A DNA stretch of 64,000 bases from Macrostomum hystrix (taxonomy: Eukaryota; Animalia; Platyhelminthes). The notes beneath the pieces were generated by a model. That model saw only the letters and a program-made list of their open reading frames with translations, did not search any database and was not told where the DNA came from. The stretch is taken from the NCBI GenBank assembly GCA_950097015.1, contig CATNEN010000001.1:12214001-12278000 (forward strand). The letters are read 5' to 3'. Position numbers and translations under genes: made by a program. Positions 37,440 through 50,874 of the stretch are shown piece by piece. The number at the start of each line of letters is the position of its first letter. Positions within the stretch are counted from its first letter, which is position 1.

Positions 37440-38175
37440 CTTTTGGAATGAGGTGGGTGTGACGAGGACGGTTTGGAGTGAGGTGGCCGTGAAGAGGAGG
37501 GTTCTGAGTGGGGTGGTTATGAAAAAGAGGGTTCGGAGTGAGGTGGCTGTGAAGAAGAGGGTTTGGAGTGAGGTGGCTGTAAAGAGGAGGGTTCGGAGTG
37601 AGGTGGCTGTAAAGAGGAGGGTTCAGAGTGAGGTGGCTGCGAAGAAGTGGGTTTGGAGTGAGGTGGCTGTAAAGAGGAGGGTTCAGAGTGAGGTGGCTGC
37701 GAAGAAGTGGGTTTGGAGTGAGGTGGCTGCGAAGAAGTGGGTTTGGAGTGAGGTGGCTGTAAAGAGGAGGGTTCAGAGTGAGGTGGCTGCGAAGAAGTGG
37801 GTTTGGAGTGAGGTGGCTGCGAAGAAGTGGGTTTGGAGTGAGGTGGCTGTAAAGAGGAGGGTTCAGAGTGAGGTGGCTGTGAAGAAGTGGGTTTGGAGTG
37901 GATGCGTGTAAAGAGGAGGGTTCAGAGTGAGGTGGCTGCGAAGAAGTGGGTTTGGAGTGAGGTGGCTGCGAAGAAGTGGGTTTGGAGTGAGGTGGCTGTA
38001 AAGAGGAGGGTTCAGAGTGAGGTGGCTGCGAAGAAGTGGGTTTGGAGTGAGGTGGCTGCGAAGAAGTGGGTTTGGAGTGAGGTGGCTGTAAAGAGGAGGG
38101 TTCAGAGTGAGGTGGCTGTGAAGAAGTGGGTTTGGAGTGGATGCGTGTAAAGAGAAGGGTTTGGAGTGAGTTGGG
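37440..38175. repeat. 30-bp minisatellite (GTTTGGAGTGAGGTGGCTG..AAGA.G.GG)
   Basis: About 24 copies with a 3-unit higher-order pattern. Confidence 0.93.
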
Positions 38176-38934
38176 TATGGAAGGATTTAGCTTCAGAGGC
38201 GGCTAAATGTTTATAGGCTGTTACTCGCAATTGAAAAAGACAAATCAAAAAGCAGTATTTGACAACACTTATTATACTTTTAGCGCAAGTTTGTTCGTTA
38301 CGAATAGTAAATTCAATTTAACGCGAGCAAATCATATAATTAAGGGCTATGACAAGTGGCAACATGACCAGGCTAATTAAAAACACGACACCAGTTTAGA
38401 AATCTAGTCTGCTAGGCTGACACAGCCAAAGGATGCATATAAAATCGACTTCATTCTCTCATACTACTAAGAGTAGATCAGAAAAAATTACTGTGACTGA
38501 GTAAGTTTCATTACCTTAAAAAAGTAGACAAAAACACAGACGAGAGGAAACTTACAGCAGCTAAAACTGATCACATTCTATACAGATTCTTCTGCGAATA
38601 AATATTTATAAAATTAAAACAAAAACAATTACAAAAAATCTGACAGAGACAAGGAACTAACATTCACAATACAATTAAGTAAATCTGACCAAGTCCGCAT
38701 GATTTAAGTAAGAAAAGGATGCTAAGCAAAACTTACTAAGTCGCGATGTAAAAAAGTTTTCGAAAACAAACAAAACACAATCGACTAAATCGAATGCTTC
38801 AAACTTCCGGATTCGATTTTGTTTTAAAGAGCAAAAACATCTAGCAATTACCTTACTTGCCTACTTTTAGCCTAGTGGTAAGTAGTTCAGCACGAAATTA
38901 AACTATTGATTTTTATTAAAAAAAGTTTGACATT

Positions 38935-39249
38935 CTACAGATCGATGACCGGAGCGTCTTCGTCGACATCGCCGTCAGCGTTGACCGCCGCCGACGATGA
39001 AGACGACGAAGACGAGCTGGAGGTTGAGTCGACGGTGTCGCCAATGGCGGCGGCCCTGGAGCCGGCGGATGGCGAAGCTCGGCCAGCGGAGGCGTAGAAG
39101 GCGGGCGGCCCACCGTGATGGCTGGTGCTGGTGTCCAGACGGATGAGCCGGATCTTGTAGTGGTCGGCGAGGACGCAGGCCGCCTCGTTGTTACCATTGC
39201 AGTAGTGCGACGAGCTGAACACAGTCAGCAGCTTGCCTTTCTGCTGGAT
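38935..39249 (-). CDS. EF-hand PPP phosphatase, terminal exon
   Basis: ccccag|ATC; [27 protein letters not shown]...Ser-rich tail, TAG. Confidence 0.92.
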   Translation of the reverse strand: MQQKGKLLTVFSSSHYCNGNNEAACVLADHYKIRLIRLDTSTSHHGGPPAFYASAGRASPSAGSRAAAIGDTVDSTSSSSSSSSSSAAVNADGDVDEDAPVIDL

Positions 39250-39274
39250 CTGGGGGCGAGGCGGTGGGCTGGCC

Positions 39275-39275
39275 T

Positions 39276-39337
<62 letters not shown>
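39275..39337. repeat. (ACAG)n microsatellite in a 95-nt intron
   Basis: Direct observation. Confidence 0.95.
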
Positions 39338-39344
39338 TTCTCAC

Positions 39345-39740
39345 CTGAAATCCGACCTGTTGAACCTCGTGTGCCCTGATGACGTGCGAGAAGCGGTTGA
39401 CTCGCAGGAATGACTCCAGCGCCTGGTAGCTGAAGCAGCAGGCGGTACCCCGGCGCTTGTTAAATGCGAAGCCAACGTCGCTGCTGGCGAAGTCGGCGGC
39501 ATTGTCGCCAGCGGTGGAGCCGCCCTGCTGCGGGTGCTGCGGATCGCTCCACATGACCTCCCAGGCCAAGGGACTCTGGTCCACAGGGCTGGGCAGCGGG
39601 CAGGGCACAGCATTTAGGTCGCGCTCCAAGCTGGCGTAGAGCGATGGTCTGGGAATGCCGCCGTGGACGCAGAAGATTTTGCCATCGACTGTGGCCGCCA
39701 GCGGCATGCGATCGAAGCAGCGGTTGACGGCCTCCCAAAC
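39345..39740 (-). CDS. EF-hand PPP phosphatase, catalytic exon
   Basis: [30 protein letters not shown]...WSDP...RGTAC...[12 protein letters not shown]|gtgaga. Confidence 0.96.
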
Positions 39741-40049
39741 CTTCAGTTTGACAAAGTAGAATTTCTTAGTAGGGAGCCATACTAAGTTGCTTAACGTGTT
39801 TTTAAAAGGAATAATTTATGAGCAGAAGAAAGGCAGCCAGAGTCCTTTGAGTCCCTGTAGATTTTATGCCAAGCAGCAAGGACACAGATAAATTTCACTG
39901 AGGCACGGAAATATGAAGCTGCGAGGTTTGTGACACTTGTGTCTGTGTGAAAATATGAAAGATTGAATAGATGAGGAATATATATCAGATAGATGTGGAA
40001 TTGATGTAAGATAGAAATGGAATAGAAGCTAGATGGATCTGGAATAGAT

Positions 40050-40897
40050 GCTTTATAGATGTGGAATAGGTGTGAGATAGATGCGGAATAGGTGTGAGAT
40101 AGATGTGGAATAGGTGTGAGATAGATGCGGAATAGGTGTGAGATAGATGTGGAATAGGTGTGAGATAGATGCGGAATAGGTGTGAGATAGATGTGGAATA
40201 GGTGTGAGATAGATGCGGAATAGGTGTGAGATAGATGTGGAATAGGTGTGAGATAGATGCGGAATAGGTGTGTGATAGATGCGGAATAGGTGTGAGATAG
40301 ATGCGGAATAGGTGTGAGATAGATGCGGAATAGGTGTGTGATAGAAGCGGAATAGGTGTGAGATAGATGCGGAATAGGTGTGAGATAGATGCGGAATAGG
40401 TGTGAGATAGATGCGGAATAGGTGTGTGATAGAAGCGGAATAGGTGTGAGATAGATGCGGAATAGGTGTGAGATAGATGCGGAATAGGTGTGAGATAGAT
40501 GCGGAATAGGTGTGTGATAGAAGCGGAATAGGTGTGAGATAGATGCGGAATAGGTGTGTGATAGAAGCGGAATAGGTGTGAGATAGATGCGGAATAGGTG
40601 TGAGATAGATGCGGAATAGGTGTGAGATAGATGCGGAATAGGTGTGAGATACATGCGGAATAGGTGTGAGATAGATGCGGAATAGGTGTGAGATAGATGC
40701 CGAATAGGTGTGAGATAGATGCGGAATAGGTGTGAGATAGATGCGGAATAGGTGTGTGATAGAAGCGGAATAGGTGTGAGATAGATGCGGAATAGGTGTG
40801 AGATAGATGCGGAATAGGTGTGAGATAGATGCGCAATAGGTGTGAGATAGATGCGGAATAGGTGTGAGATAGATGCGCAATAGGTGTGAGATAGATA
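40050..40897. repeat. 22-bp minisatellite (GGAATAGGTGTGAGATAGATGC)
   Basis: About 38 copies, starting ~10 nt from the donor. Confidence 0.95.
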
Positions 40898-40906
40898 TTA
40901 GCCAAC

Positions 40907-41438
40907 CTGCAGTCCATATGAGTCGCCAAACTTGGCCAGGCACTCCCGTTTGAAGGTGAAATTCTCCTGAATCTCGCGAATCTCATGATTGCCCCGCAGT
41001 AGGATGAACTTCTTTGGCGACATGGCCTTCTGGGCGAACAGGTAGCTGACCACCTCGACGCCGAATTGGCCTCGGTCAACGTAGTCGCCTAGGAACAGGA
41101 AATTGGCCGGAGACAGGTGAGTGCCCAGACGCCAGAGCACCTTCTCGAAGCAGACCAGATCGTGATAGTTGCCGTGAATGTCGCCCAGGATGTAGGTGGG
41201 ACTGCGCAGCTTCACCATCCGCGGCTCCTCGGCGAACACATTCTGCAGCATGTCGCACAGGGACAGCAGGCAGCGGGCTAGACCCTTCATCTCCACTTGA
41301 CCCCAGTGCATTGGTGGCTTGTCCTCCAGCTGCTGCTGCTGACTGGCTGCCGCAGGCGAAGACGACGAAGCTGCCGCGGTGCCCCGGCAGGCGCGCTCGA
41401 AATAGCGCAGACCGTTGATCATCTCATTGGGATGGGAT
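40907..41438 (-). CDS. EF-hand PPP phosphatase, catalytic exon
   Basis: GDIHG, GDYVDRG and LLRGNHE signature motifs; cccag|A TCC ... CAG|gttggc. Confidence 0.97.
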
Positions 41439-41534
41439 CTGGGAGATTTCGGATGTCACATTGGAGCTTACTTTACTTGAAACTTTACTTTACTTGCCAA
41501 TTGGTGACGCGAATGACAGAAGGAATCTCAGAAT

Positions 41535-42800
41535 TGGGTTGTTGATTTAGTGTCATTACACAGTGTGTGGGTAATTAATTTAGGGTAATTACACAGTGTG
41601 TGGGTAATTGATTTAGGGTAATTACACAGTGTGTGGGTAATTGATTTGGTGTAATTACACAGTGTGTGGGTAATTGATTTAGTGTAATTACACAGTGTGT
41701 GGGTAATTGATTTAGTGTCATTACACAGTGTGTGGGTAATTGAATTAGTGTCATTACACAGTGTGTGGGTAATTGATTTAGTGTCATTACACAGTGTGTG
41801 GGTAATTGATTTAGTGTCATTACACAGTGTGTGGGTAATTGATTTAGTGTCATTACACAGTGTGTGGGTAATTGATTTAGTGTCATTACACAGTGTGTGG
41901 GTAATTGATTTAGGGTAATTACACAGTGTGTGGGTAATTGATTTAGTGTCATTACACAGTGTGTGGGTAATTGATTTAGTGTAATTACACAGTGTGTGGT
42001 TAATTGATTTAGTGTCATTACACAGTGTGTGGGTAATTGATTTAGTGTCATTACACAGTGTGTGGGTAATTGATTTAGTGTCATTACACAGTGCGTGGGT
42101 AATTGATTCAGTGTAATTACACAGTGTGTGGGTAATTGATTCAGTGTAATTACACAGTGTGTGGGTAATTGATTTAGTGTCATTAAACAGTGTGTGGGTA
42201 ATTGATTTAGTGTCATTACACAGTGTGTGGGTAATTGATTTAGTGTAATTAACAGTGTGTGGGTAATTGATTTAGGGTAATTACAGTGTGTGGGTAATTT
42301 ATTTGGTGTAATTACACAGTGTGTGGGTAATTGATTTAGTGTAATTACACAGTGTGTGGGTAATTGATTTAGTGTCATTACACAGTGTGTGAGTAATTGA
42401 TTTAGTGTCATTACACAGTGTGTGGGTAATTGATTTAGTGTAATTACACAGTGTGTGGTTAATTGATTTAGTGTCATTACACAGTGTGTGGGTAATTGAT
42501 TTAGTGTCATTACACAGTGTGTGGGTAATTGATTTAGTGTCATTACACAGTGCGTGGGTAATTGATTCAGTGTAATTACACAGTGTGTGGGTAATTGATT
42601 CAGTGTAATTACACAGTGTGTGGGTAATTGATTTAGTGTCATTAAACAGTGTGTGGGTAATTGATTTAGTGTCATTACACAGTGTGTGGGTAATTGATTT
42701 AGTGTAATTAACAGTGTGTGGGTAATTGATTCAGGGTAATTACAGAATGTGTGGATAGTGGATTTTTGGTAACTATAGAATGTGTGGGTAATGAACCTTG
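41535..42800. repeat. 33-bp minisatellite (GGGTAATTGATTTAGTGTCATTACACAGTGTGT)
   Basis: About 37 copies. Confidence 0.95.
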
Positions 42801-43539
42801 GGTAATAGAATAATTTGTGGGTAAGGAATTCGAGGTAATTATAGAATGGTTTGGTAATGATTTTAGGGATGGTTAACAATGCGACAATGCTAATTTATTT
42901 AGTGAATAATGATATTAAAGGCACAAAGGCAGCAATTATAATCCCAGAACAAACGTGTGATTCAGGTTTCAAGTGAGACGTACATGATGTAGCATATAAT
43001 CATAAAATGCAGTTTTGTAAGCTCAAGCTAAGTCTTCAGTGTCCAGAGTGCTGCGAATGCACACTAATTAAGGACCTAATCCCAGTACAAGCGGCGGTCA
43101 CCGAGAAGCTAGACAGACAAAAATTATCATTCTAGAAACAGCAGAGGCATGTCGCAGCATAGCTAGCTCTGGGGATTTGAAGTTTTGGGAGTGATTAGAA
43201 AAACTGGCAGGATTAGAACCCGGAGCAATTAAGGGTAGATTTGGACACTCAAATTTGAGTTCGCCAACTACAGAATATACAACGATCTCTACGAATAGTT
43301 GCACAACTAACTCATAATATGCTTGCACTTTCAATAGCTAGAACTTTAACCAACAAGCTGCGCTTTTCGCTTCATCTTCGGCTGAATAAGATTATAATCT
43401 GTGGCAGAAATCAGCATTGCAGTGAAGCACAGTTTGTGACATGCATTGGGGCTGAAGTCACTGAGACTAGCGGAGAGAAATAGGGGTAGGGGAGCTTGAC
43501 AGACAGACATTTAGACACTCAGGACAGACAGAACTGGAC

Positions 43540-43729
43540 ATACGGAGCTGAATAGACAGACCTGGACAGACCTGGACAGACAGACAGACCTGGACAGACA
43601 GACAGACCTGGACAGACAGACAGACAGACCTGGACAGACAGACAGACCTGGACAGACAGACAGACCTGGACAGACAGACAGACAGACCTGGACAGACAGA
43701 TAGAACTGGACAGACAGACAGACCTGGAC

Positions 43730-43777
<48 letters not shown>

Positions 43778-43808
43778 CTAGACAGACAGACAGACAGACA
43801 GACAGACC

Positions 43809-43877
<69 letters not shown>

Positions 43878-43908
43878 CTAGACAGACAGACAGACAGACA
43901 GACAGACC

Positions 43909-43973
<65 letters not shown>

Positions 43974-44045
43974 CTAGACAGACAGACAGACAGACAGACA
44001 GACCTAGACAGACAGACAGACAGATAGACAGACAGACAGACAGAC
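43540..44045. repeat. (GACA)n microsatellite with CCTG/CCTA interruptions
   Basis: Direct observation. Confidence 0.95.
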
Positions 44046-44805
44046 ATATTCGCCGAGTTAGGAGGAGAGCAGATAAATGTGAAAATGTGAATGCAGTGCT
44101 CTAAGTTTTGTTCTTAGAGAATTTCAAAACACAATGAATATACTGGTACGCATAAGAGCATAAAGTGACGGGTCCCCAGTGTAAGACGGTTGGTTTGTGA
44201 CTTCACCCAGCTGTTCAGTGAAAGAGAAAAGGATAGAAATGAAAGTGAAAAATCAATTGACGAAATTAATTTCACCGCTATTCAGAGCACCAATCATATA
44301 GAGAAAAGTACATTCTTCTTTGAGTATTCTAGAGTATTTCACAGAGACAGTTTTCTCTGGACATATTTATCCAAAGATTACGAAAGCAGCAGTATGTAAC
44401 TGCTCAACCTAATTTGCATAGATATTGAGTACATAACAAACAGACACACTGAGACTAACCATAGAAATATGATTTGTATCCTTAGTACACTAATGATAAA
44501 GCCGGTTAGTGACTTGATTACAATTAGCAGTGCCGGAATTCAGTTAATCAGATTTCAAACAGGACTGATTGATAGCTCTAGAATCTTCTTAGATAGGGAA
44601 AAGTAAAATAAGATGATCCTATTTTTAAATAGCCCAGTCAAAGACCAGGCTAGCTGGCTTCTGATTGGACAATGGCATTTTGTAATCCCAGATAAGTAGA
44701 AGGGGATAAAAATACTGCTTCCACATCACAGCGAAGAAGTTAAAGTGAAATTTCAGCTTTGCCAAGTTAGGCCAATGGAAATTAATCCTATCTAATCGAC
44801 AGGTG

Positions 44806-45302
44806 ATGGACGGGCTACACCAAGCCGACATCAGGTCACATTATCAGATGCTGTACTACGTGAACTGCAGCCAACAGTCGGAGCATTATCAGAACGATGC
44901 CAGGCTCCGAGTACTAGTAGCTGGCTGCAATACCCTACAGATTGTGCTCACTATAATGGGAGTCCTACTCAACATTCTCTCTTATCGGTTGCTAGGAAGA
45001 GGTGGCGGCAGCAACGGTGGATCTAACACAGGCAGTAGCAGCAGAGGTACGGAACGAACCGAACTGACAACTCTACTCAAATATTTGGCCGTATCGGACA
45101 CCGCTTATGTGCTGATGAATTTCATGGACAACTGCTGTCACACTGTTCAAATCATTGGCGGCGGCTCGGTGGGCCTCTACAAGGCAATGGCCTACGCGCA
45201 TCCGCCAGTCTGGGGTCTGCGAGTTTCCATGGTAACCGTGCACAACTGGATGATGCTGCTGCTGGCGGCGTCTAGGGTGCTGCGCGTATACGCGCCCATC
45301 AG
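44806..45302 (+). CDS. Class A peptide-type GPCR, exon 1 (TM1-TM3), nested gene
   Basis: IVLTIMGVLLNILS (TM1), LKYLAVSD (TM2), HNWMMLLLAASRVLRVYAP (TM3); donor AG|gtgatc. Confidence 0.88.
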
Positions 45303-45340
45303 GTGATCGGGTTTGGACCTGCTGTCTATGCATAAATTTT

Positions 45341-45970
45341 GTGTTCTCAGAGTGAACTCCATCTAGAGCGGGTGTTCTCAGAGTGAACTCCATCTAGAGC
45401 GGGTGTTCTCAGAGTGAACTCCATCTAGAGCGGGTGTTCTCAGAGTGAACTCCATCTAGAGCGGGTGTTCTCAGAGTGAACTCCATCTAGAGCGGGTGTT
45501 CTCAGAGTGAACTCCATCTAGAGCGGGTGTTCTCAGAGTGAACTCCATCTAGAGCGGGTGTTCTCAGAGAGAACTCCATCTAGAGCGGGTGTTCTCAGAG
45601 TGAACTCCATCTAGAGCGGGTGTTCTCAGAGTGAACTCCATCTTGAGAGGGTGTTCTCAGAGAGAACTCCATCTAGAGAGGGTGTACTCAGAGTAAACTC
45701 ATCTGTAGAGGGTGCAATCAGAGTGAATTCCATCTGGAGAGGGTGTTCTCATGGTGAACTACATCTGAACAGACTGTACTCAGAGTAAACTCCATCTGGA
45801 CAGTGTACTCAGAGTGAACTCCATCAAGAGAGAGTGAACTCCATCTGGAGAGGGTGTACTTAGTGAACTCCATCTGGATAGAGCGTACTCAGAGTGAACA
45901 ACATCTGGAGATAGTGAACTCCATTTAGGGAGGGTGAACTCCATTTTGAGAGGAGGTTCTCATAGTGAAA
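45341..45970. repeat. 31-bp minisatellite (GTGTTCTCAGAGTGAACTCCATCTAGAGCGG), degenerating 3'
   Basis: Direct observation. Confidence 0.92.
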
Positions 45971-46449
45971 GCATTCCTAGGAATAAAAAAAGTGATAAGC
46001 TATTCGTAAAAAAAGTCCAAAACAAAGCATTTCTGGCCTTTGTGAGGAAAAGAAACAAGCAAAAGGAACAACAAGAAGTCAAGCATCTCAGCTGAGCATG
46101 AGCCGATCAATCAAAGGAAATTAAGGAGATTTTCACCTTTGTTTGCACCCAGTCAGACAGAGGATTAAGTCTGAGCAATCTAATAGCTGATTTGTTCTAA
46201 CTCGAAATCTCTGCAAGGGACAAGAGGCCTAGCTGGCGGGAGGGATTTTGGCTGGGGATTAACGCCGGGCGCCCTAAGCTGGGAATAAAATATGCAGTTT
46301 GGAAAGATTATTTTATTTGGCAAAAGTCATTAACACTGAAAATCACACTTGAATGGCGTTTCACTAAAATGGGGGATAATTTTGTTTGTTTACTCTTATT
46401 TTTGCAAAAACATTGAATATAGAATGAATGTACCAAACACTTGCCTTCT

Positions 46450-47008
46450 ATATCTGTCTGTTGTATCCCACACCTGTCAGTTGCTATGCTACATCTGTCA
46501 GCTGCTATCCAACACCTGTGAGCTGCTATCCCACACCTGTCAGCTGCTATCCCACACCTGTCAGCTGCTATCCCACACCTGTCAGTTGCTATCCCAACTG
46601 TCAGCTGCTATCCCACACCTGTCAGCTGCTATTCCACACCTGTCAGCTGCTATGCTACACCTGTCAGCTGCTATGCTACACCTGACAGTTGCTATGCTAC
46701 ACCTGTCAGCTGCTATGCTACACCTGACAGTTGCTATGCTACACCTGTCAGCTGCTATGCTACACCTGTCAGCTGCTATGCTACACCTGTCAGCTGCTAT
46801 GCTACACCTGTCAGCTGCTATGCTACACCTGTCAGCTGCTATGCTACACCTGACAGTTGCTATGCTACACCTGTCAGCTGCTATGCTACACCTGACAGTT
46901 GCTATGCTACACCTGTCAGCTGCTATGCTGCACCTGTCAGCTGCTATGCTACACCTGTCAGCTGCTATGCTACATCTGTCAGCTGCTATGCTACACCTGA
47001 CAGTTGCT
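46450..47008. repeat. 21-bp minisatellite (CACCTGTCAGCTGCTATGCTA)
   Basis: Direct observation. Confidence 0.93.
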
Positions 47009-47141
47009 GTTTCTTGGATAAAGTGTTTAATACTATTTCCTGGAAATACAGTAACGAAGTTATCTTGAAACCCTTGAATCGACCTGGAGCGAACAAGAAT
47101 CATAATAGCTTTCTAATCGATTGAGCTGCATTTCACCGCAG

Positions 47142-47982
47142 GAGTCGAGCGTTGCAACTCCGGCAGCGTCTGCTGCGCCTGACGGCGGGCATCTGGATGC
47201 TGAGCCTGACCCTGGGCCTGCCGCGCCTTATGGAGGTAGCCACCCAGTTGGGCCCTGGTTGCGAATCTGGATCCGGCTACTACGCAGAAATAGTTGCCAC
47301 CCGGATGATCCCGGCCTACACAGCCGTGGCCAATTTCGGCCTGCAAGTTGGCGGACCACTGGTCCTCACAATGATATTCAACGCGCTAACAGTGGCTGGA
47401 GTGATTCGGTCCAGCCGGGAACTCAAAGCGGCAAATTGTTTCGCCGCTGACTGCAACGGCGATCAGAGAAGGCGCACTTTGCGCCGAAATCATCAGGCGT
47501 CTAGGACTGTGCTCATGCTCACAAATCTGTACATAGCCTGCCAACTGCCGCAGCTGGTGTGGGGCTTCGTCACCCTGACCTCCCTGGAGCCGCAGGTCTA
47601 CATTAGCCTAACCCTGGTTGGCAACGCACTGAGCAGTCTGGATGGTTCGTGTAATTTCTTTGTCTACGTGATCAGCAATCCGGGATTCAAGAGCGGCCTG
47701 GAGCGATTGGGCTGGTGCCGTGCTGCGAGGCGGCTGGCCAGCCCGCCTGAAAACAGTCGCAGCCGCAAGAGCAGCTCCATCAGTAGGCGGCACAGCGGAA
47801 GGCGAGCCAGCAAGAGGCGCTGCTGCTGCTGCTGCATGCCTTCGCCAGCGCAACACAACGAGGCCAATGATGAAAGTCTAAACGATGATCAAGAAGAGCA
47901 GATTCAACAGCAACTGCTGCCAATGAGACAGCTGTCACATGGCAACAACTTGAGTCCAGATGCTCAGATTCCACTCGGGTGA
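47142..47982 (+). CDS. Class A peptide-type GPCR, exon 2 (TM4-TM7, C-tail)
   Basis: ccgcag|G AGT in phase; LTLGLPRLME, GPLVLTMIFN, YIACQLPQLV, LDGSCNFFVYVISNPGFK (FMRFamide-receptor-like TM7); spliced product 445 aa. Confidence 0.9.
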
Positions 47983-48059
47983 AAATTACTAATCTACTGA
48001 TGTAACTAGCTAGCTTTTTCCTTTAATAGCTGTACAAAACATTGCGCTGGTCAGCATGT

Positions 48060-48255
48060 ATGAGCTGAACTGTGCCTAACTGAGTACAGCTGAACTGTGC
48101 TCAAATGAGTACAGCTGAACTGTGCTCAAATGAGTGCCGCTGAACTGTGCTCAAATGAGTGCCGCTGAACTGTGCTCAAATGAGTGCCGCTGAACTGTGC
48201 TCAAATGAGTGCCGCTGAACTGTGCTCGAATGAGTGCAGCTGAACTGTGCTCAAA
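48060..48255. repeat. 25-bp tandem repeat (GCTGAACTGTGCTCAAATGAGTGCC)
   Basis: Direct observation. Confidence 0.88.
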
Positions 48256-48708
48256 ATGTGTAGGCAAACATATACGTTTTTACAAAGGATGGTACTATAT
48301 TTGAAACTGTAACATTCCTACGAAATAAAAAACAATTACCTGTAGCTAGATACTACTTAGCTAGATTGGTTACATTATTCTGTGAATATTGTTTTTTATT
48401 ATTAATTATTATTACCAAATTATTTATATTCTTTCAAATTAATTATTTTCCTAATTCTTAGTCGTCTTGCTGCGTACCTTGTTATATTTATTTACTGAAT
48501 TATTCAAGTCCTATATATTTAAAGAACTTTAAAATAAAACTTATGCTTTGTGTACTCGAAACATTTCGATCTTACAAAATAAACGCAGGTTTAATCGCTA
48601 CGGCAAGAATCTTCGAAGGAATGCAAAGAGTTTAACTATATTCTGAAGCTGTCTGGTTAAATCCGTAAATCTTGGAAGACTCGCAGCAGAAGTCGCGCCA
48701 ACAATGAG

Positions 48709-49140
48709 AGCAAGTATCATAGCAAGTATCATAGCAAGTATCATAGCAAGAATCGCAGCAAGAATCGCAGCAAGAATCGCAGCATGCATTGTAGCAAGAA
48801 TCGTAGCAAGAATCGCAGCAAGAATCGTAGCAAGAATCGCAGCAAGAATCGCAGCAAGAATCGTAGCAAGAATCGTAGCAAGAATCGTAGCAAGAACCGC
48901 AGCAAGAATCGTAGCAAGAATCACAGCAAGAATCGCAGCAAGAATCGCAGCAAGAATCGCAGCAAGAATCGCAGCAAGAATCGTAGCAAGAATCGCAGCA
49001 AGAATCGCAGCAAGAATCGTAGCAAGAATCGCAGCAAGAATCGTAGCAAGAATCGCAGCAAGAATCGCAGCAAGAATCGTAGCAAGAATCGCAGCAAGAA
49101 TCGTAGCAAGAATCGTAGAAAGAACCGCAGTAGGAATCGA
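48709..49140. repeat. 12-bp tandem repeat (AGCAAGAATCG[C/T])
   Basis: About 35 copies. Confidence 0.93.
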
Positions 49141-50009
49141 AGCAATAATCGGAATCGCCGAATTTATGAAAACAATATTCGCAGCAGGAATTAAAGCAAG
49201 ATTTTTTAGCTTAATCGATTTTCCTTCGCTAGATGTCGACATCGCTTTGAGCATAGCTGAAAAGCCTCTCATTTTGATTCACAGCTTGGAGTTCTGTTTA
49301 CCGAATGAAATCAGGCATGGACTGATTTCAGCAACAACTAGTCTTTCATTTGACTAAAAGCGCGGGCAAAATGTGTTACAAATAATATGTTTTTAGCTAA
49401 TGGATATACTGCCCTCTTGGGCCAGGTCTAAAAAACCAGTACTCTAAAAATAAGCGAGCAATGTTTTTGTTTTCCCTAACCGTTTCATTCGTTGGTAAGG
49501 AAATTCAATTTTTTTTGTTTGGAAAGAGACTGAGATAAAAAAAATTACGTAAAAAAGCAGAGCTTAAGAGTAGCGGCTCGCCCAGCATGCTCAGCTGAGC
49601 TGCTAAGCTGCGAAATAAAGCGAGAAAAGAGGCGGAAAAAACATAAAAGAGAGAGAGAAGTACAGCCCAGGCATTCACTCAGTACAGCTAGTTTTGCCTA
49701 GCAACTGAGTGAATTTTTGCAATCTGCAATTTCAGCGGAAGATGGCATCAGCGGGATAAGCCTAAACCTACCCTGATATTAGCATCTAAGGATCAAGGCT
49801 TGCGGATTAACGACTCGAATTTCAATGCGTTGATCATTATTTTTGCAATCCTTAATTTACTGGCTGCATATTGAGCACAATGGGTGGGCATTAGTCACTT
49901 CGGTAATAGGGAAGTCAGGTAGTGCAAGATTAATATAAATACTCGTAACTTAGCATGCACCTAGCAGGTGACAGCTAAATTCAACACTCGCATCCCTGAT
50001 GCGAGCTTA

Positions 50010-50432
50010 ACACCCACCCCATTCCCTAGATTCAAGAATACACCCACCCCACTCCATAGATTACATAGCACACCCAGCCCACTCCCATAGATAAAAAAAC
50101 ACACCACCCCACTCCCATAGATAAAAACACACCCACCCCACTCCCATAGATAAAAACACACATAACCCCACTCCTATTGATAAATACACACCCACCCCAC
50201 TCCCATAGATAAAAACACACCCACCCCACTCCCATAGATAAAAACACACATAACCCCACTCCCATAGATAAAAACACATAACCCCACTCCCATTGATAAA
50301 AACACACATAACCCCACTCCCATAGATAAAAACACACTCACTCCCATAGACAAAAACACACCCACCCCACTTCCATAGATAAAAACACACAACCCCACTC
50401 CCATTGATAAAAACACACCCACCCCACTCCCC
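50010..50432. repeat. ~30-bp tandem repeat (ACCCCACTCCCATAGATAAAAACACAC)
   Basis: Direct observation; next to the donor at 50465. Confidence 0.88.
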
Positions 50433-50465
50433 CGATCACCACCCCGACTGCCTGCCACAGCGAAC

Positions 50466-50832
50466 CTCAAATTAAAAGTAGTGTCCAGCGACAGCAGCCG
50501 ATCAACCCGCCGGAGGCCGTGGCTGAGAATGTCCTTCTGGGCGCTCTCGGAAAATGCCGAAGAATCCACATCCCAGAGTAGGCTGACCTCCGACAGAGAA
50601 CCGCTGCGCCTGACTTTCACCGTATGAGTGGCCAACTCGAAGGCCGTGTTCGGGCTAGAAGGCGTGCTGCTGCTACTGGCCTCCCCACCGCCTCCGCCGA
50701 CGCCGCTGCTGCCGCCTCCGCCGCCTCCTCCACTGGCACCTAGAGCCGATGGAGAGGTCGGAGATCGCCGGCCAGTCGTGTCAAGTCGAGGCGCTGGACG
50801 GCCAGGCAGGGAGAACACGCTGCTGTCCGAGT
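50466..50832 (-). CDS. EF-hand PPP phosphatase, linker exon
   Basis: acgcag|AC TCG ... TTG AG|gttcgc; FELATHTVKVRRSGSL...TFNLR joins in phase to SHPNEMINGLRYFER. Confidence 0.85.
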
Positions 50833-50874
50833 CTGCGTAACGAAATAGATTTTTAAGAACTTTTGCACAAGGAA

